A DNA stretch of 17,077 nucleotides. Source: Hormoscilla sp. (GTDB taxonomy: Bacteria > Cyanobacteriota > Cyanobacteriia > Cyanobacteriales > Desertifilaceae). The notes beneath the pieces are model-generated. The model was not told the origin of the DNA and ran no database searches. It worked only from the letters and a program-made list of their open reading frames with translations. Below are positions 16,171-17,077 of this stretch, piece by piece. A program made the position numbers and the translations under genes. Position 1 is the first letter of the stretch, and the number at the start of each line of letters is the position of its first letter. The stretch lies in assembly GCA_051439505.1 (NCBI GenBank), contig JBFRWI010000049.1, forward strand, positions 1 to 17,077. Reading direction: 5' to 3'.

Positions 16171-16740
16171 ATGATTGTCAAACACCGGCGGCCCTGGACA
16201 AAAGTTCTAGCTACTGCCATCACTCTCTCGGGCATTATAGCATGTTCCCCTCAGGAAGGTCAAGTAACATCTAGCATTTCGACTACCTTCCAGTGTAGGC
16301 CATACAAATACAGCTGGGGAACCTTTGCCAAAAGAGGTAATGCGATTTCAGAATTTCCGATGATCGCATGGAATACTACAGAGTTTGGATCTGATTATAC
16401 ACCAGAGAAACGTTGCAACATTGTTTCCCAACGCTTGACTAGGGCGGTGGCAGACAATGGCGGGATGTTGAGCAATTTGGAACTCACTACTGGTATGCTA
16501 CATGATTATCCAGTAGTTTGCTTCGTTACCAACAGTTCATCTAAATGTACAGATAGCAATCTTCTGTTCACCCTGAAGCAAGAGAATGGGAAAAACCCCA
16601 ACAAGGTTCTGGCAAAGATGACCCTTTTTGGTCGGGGTAAAGCCGGAGAAGATGAGATAATAGATGAAGAAATTTATCCCGAGTACATTTCTTTGCAAGA
16701 GTTGGTCGATCGGCGTTTGCCACAGGGTAGCGGTTGGTAA
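16171..16740 (+). CDS. COP23-domain protein, probable lipoprotein
   Basis: TTFQC, I.W...FG..YTPEKRC..VSQR, G....YPVVC and LLFTL motifs of COP23. Signal peptide ending IIA-C; GGAGG RBS. Confidence 0.8.
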   Translation: MIVKHRRPWTKVLATAITLSGIIACSPQEGQVTSSISTTFQCRPYKYSWGTFAKRGNAISEFPMIAWNTTEFGSDYTPEKRCNIVSQRLTRAVADNGGMLSNLELTTGMLHDYPVVCFVTNSSSKCTDSNLLFTLKQENGKNPNKVLAKMTLFGRGKAGEDEIIDEEIYPEYISLQELVDRRLPQGSGW

Positions 16741-16770
16741 ATTTGCTACTCGGCCTCGCTGCCGAACGCC

Positions 16771-16822
16771 GCCGAACCCTAAAGGGTCCGGCTACAAGAA
16801 CAAAGCCCGCCTGCGCGGGCTA
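16771..16822. repeat. Double-hairpin dispersed repeat downstream of the COP23 gene
   Basis: GCCGAACCCT-AA-AGGGTCCGGC and AGCCCGC-CTGC-GCGGGCT hairpins. Confidence 0.65.
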
Positions 16823-16883
16823 TATAAATGTATCGGGTGATGCACCTGACGCCTGCTATTCATTCAAAAAAGAAAATGTTTGC

Positions 16884-16927
16884 AGTCGGTTTTCAACCGA
16901 CTTCAGCTATTAGCAGGGGGTTTGAAC
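16884..16927. repeat. Second copy of the 3593-3642 repeat, interrupted by the MITE
   Basis: AGTCGGTT-TTC-AACCGACT TCAGCTATTAGC AGGGGGTTTGAAC, then abruptly the MITE TIR. Confidence 0.7.
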
Positions 16928-17077
16928 GGGTGTGGTCAAAAGTAGTTGTAAAGGATCCCCCCCAAACCCCCCCTTCCCGAAAGGGGGGGCTCCGGAAGCC
17001 CCCCTTTTTAAGGGGGGTTTGGGGGGATCCGGCGACTGGGGGATGCCATGAACGATCAACGGGTTTTGACCACACCC
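16928..17077 (+). mobile_element. MITE-like element, copy 2 (complete, 150 bp)
   Basis: Perfect 14-bp TIR GGGTGTGGTCAAAA (16928-16941) / TTTTGACCACACCC (17064-17077). Internal G/C-run palindromes; no coding capacity. Confidence 0.85.

Noticed and set aside
1..17077. Composite transposon or genomic island
   Set aside because: The cargo is largely core genes (ribosomal proteins, ruvA, aroF), with no transposase or integrase; assembly breakage at repeats is more parsimonious.

Overview
A 17-kb chromosomal segment from a cyanobacterium: about 20 HIP1 GCGATCGC sites, cyanobacterial core genes, and dense small dispersed repeats suggesting a filamentous lineage (inference). The right two-thirds is mostly housekeeping: rpmI-rplT, an amino-acid-binding protein, ycf37, sucrose-phosphate phosphatase, ruvA, rpsO, PAM68, aroF, an orphan 3' fragment of nadA, an NdhR/CmpR-type LysR regulator with an ATAG-N8-CTAT box, and a COP23-domain protein. 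On the minus strand are an MscS-cNMP channel, a tight DASS permease-USP-cysC operon, and a four-gene unit (RHH-like/MNT antitoxin, HepT toxin, EEP phosphatase, DUF29) in which every gene carries a stop or frameshift. The first 1.5 kb is non-coding and repeat-built: a MITE end, a diverged duplication, a 22-bp palindromic tandem array, and a 217-bp MITE with an 8-bp target duplication. The window begins and ends in inverted copies of one ~150-bp MITE. The least explained features are a ~180-nt structured segment between the divergent mscS and rpmI promoters, the 22-bp array and its flanks, and the intact-looking nadA half-gene. All family assignments come from motif recognition by eye; no searches were run.
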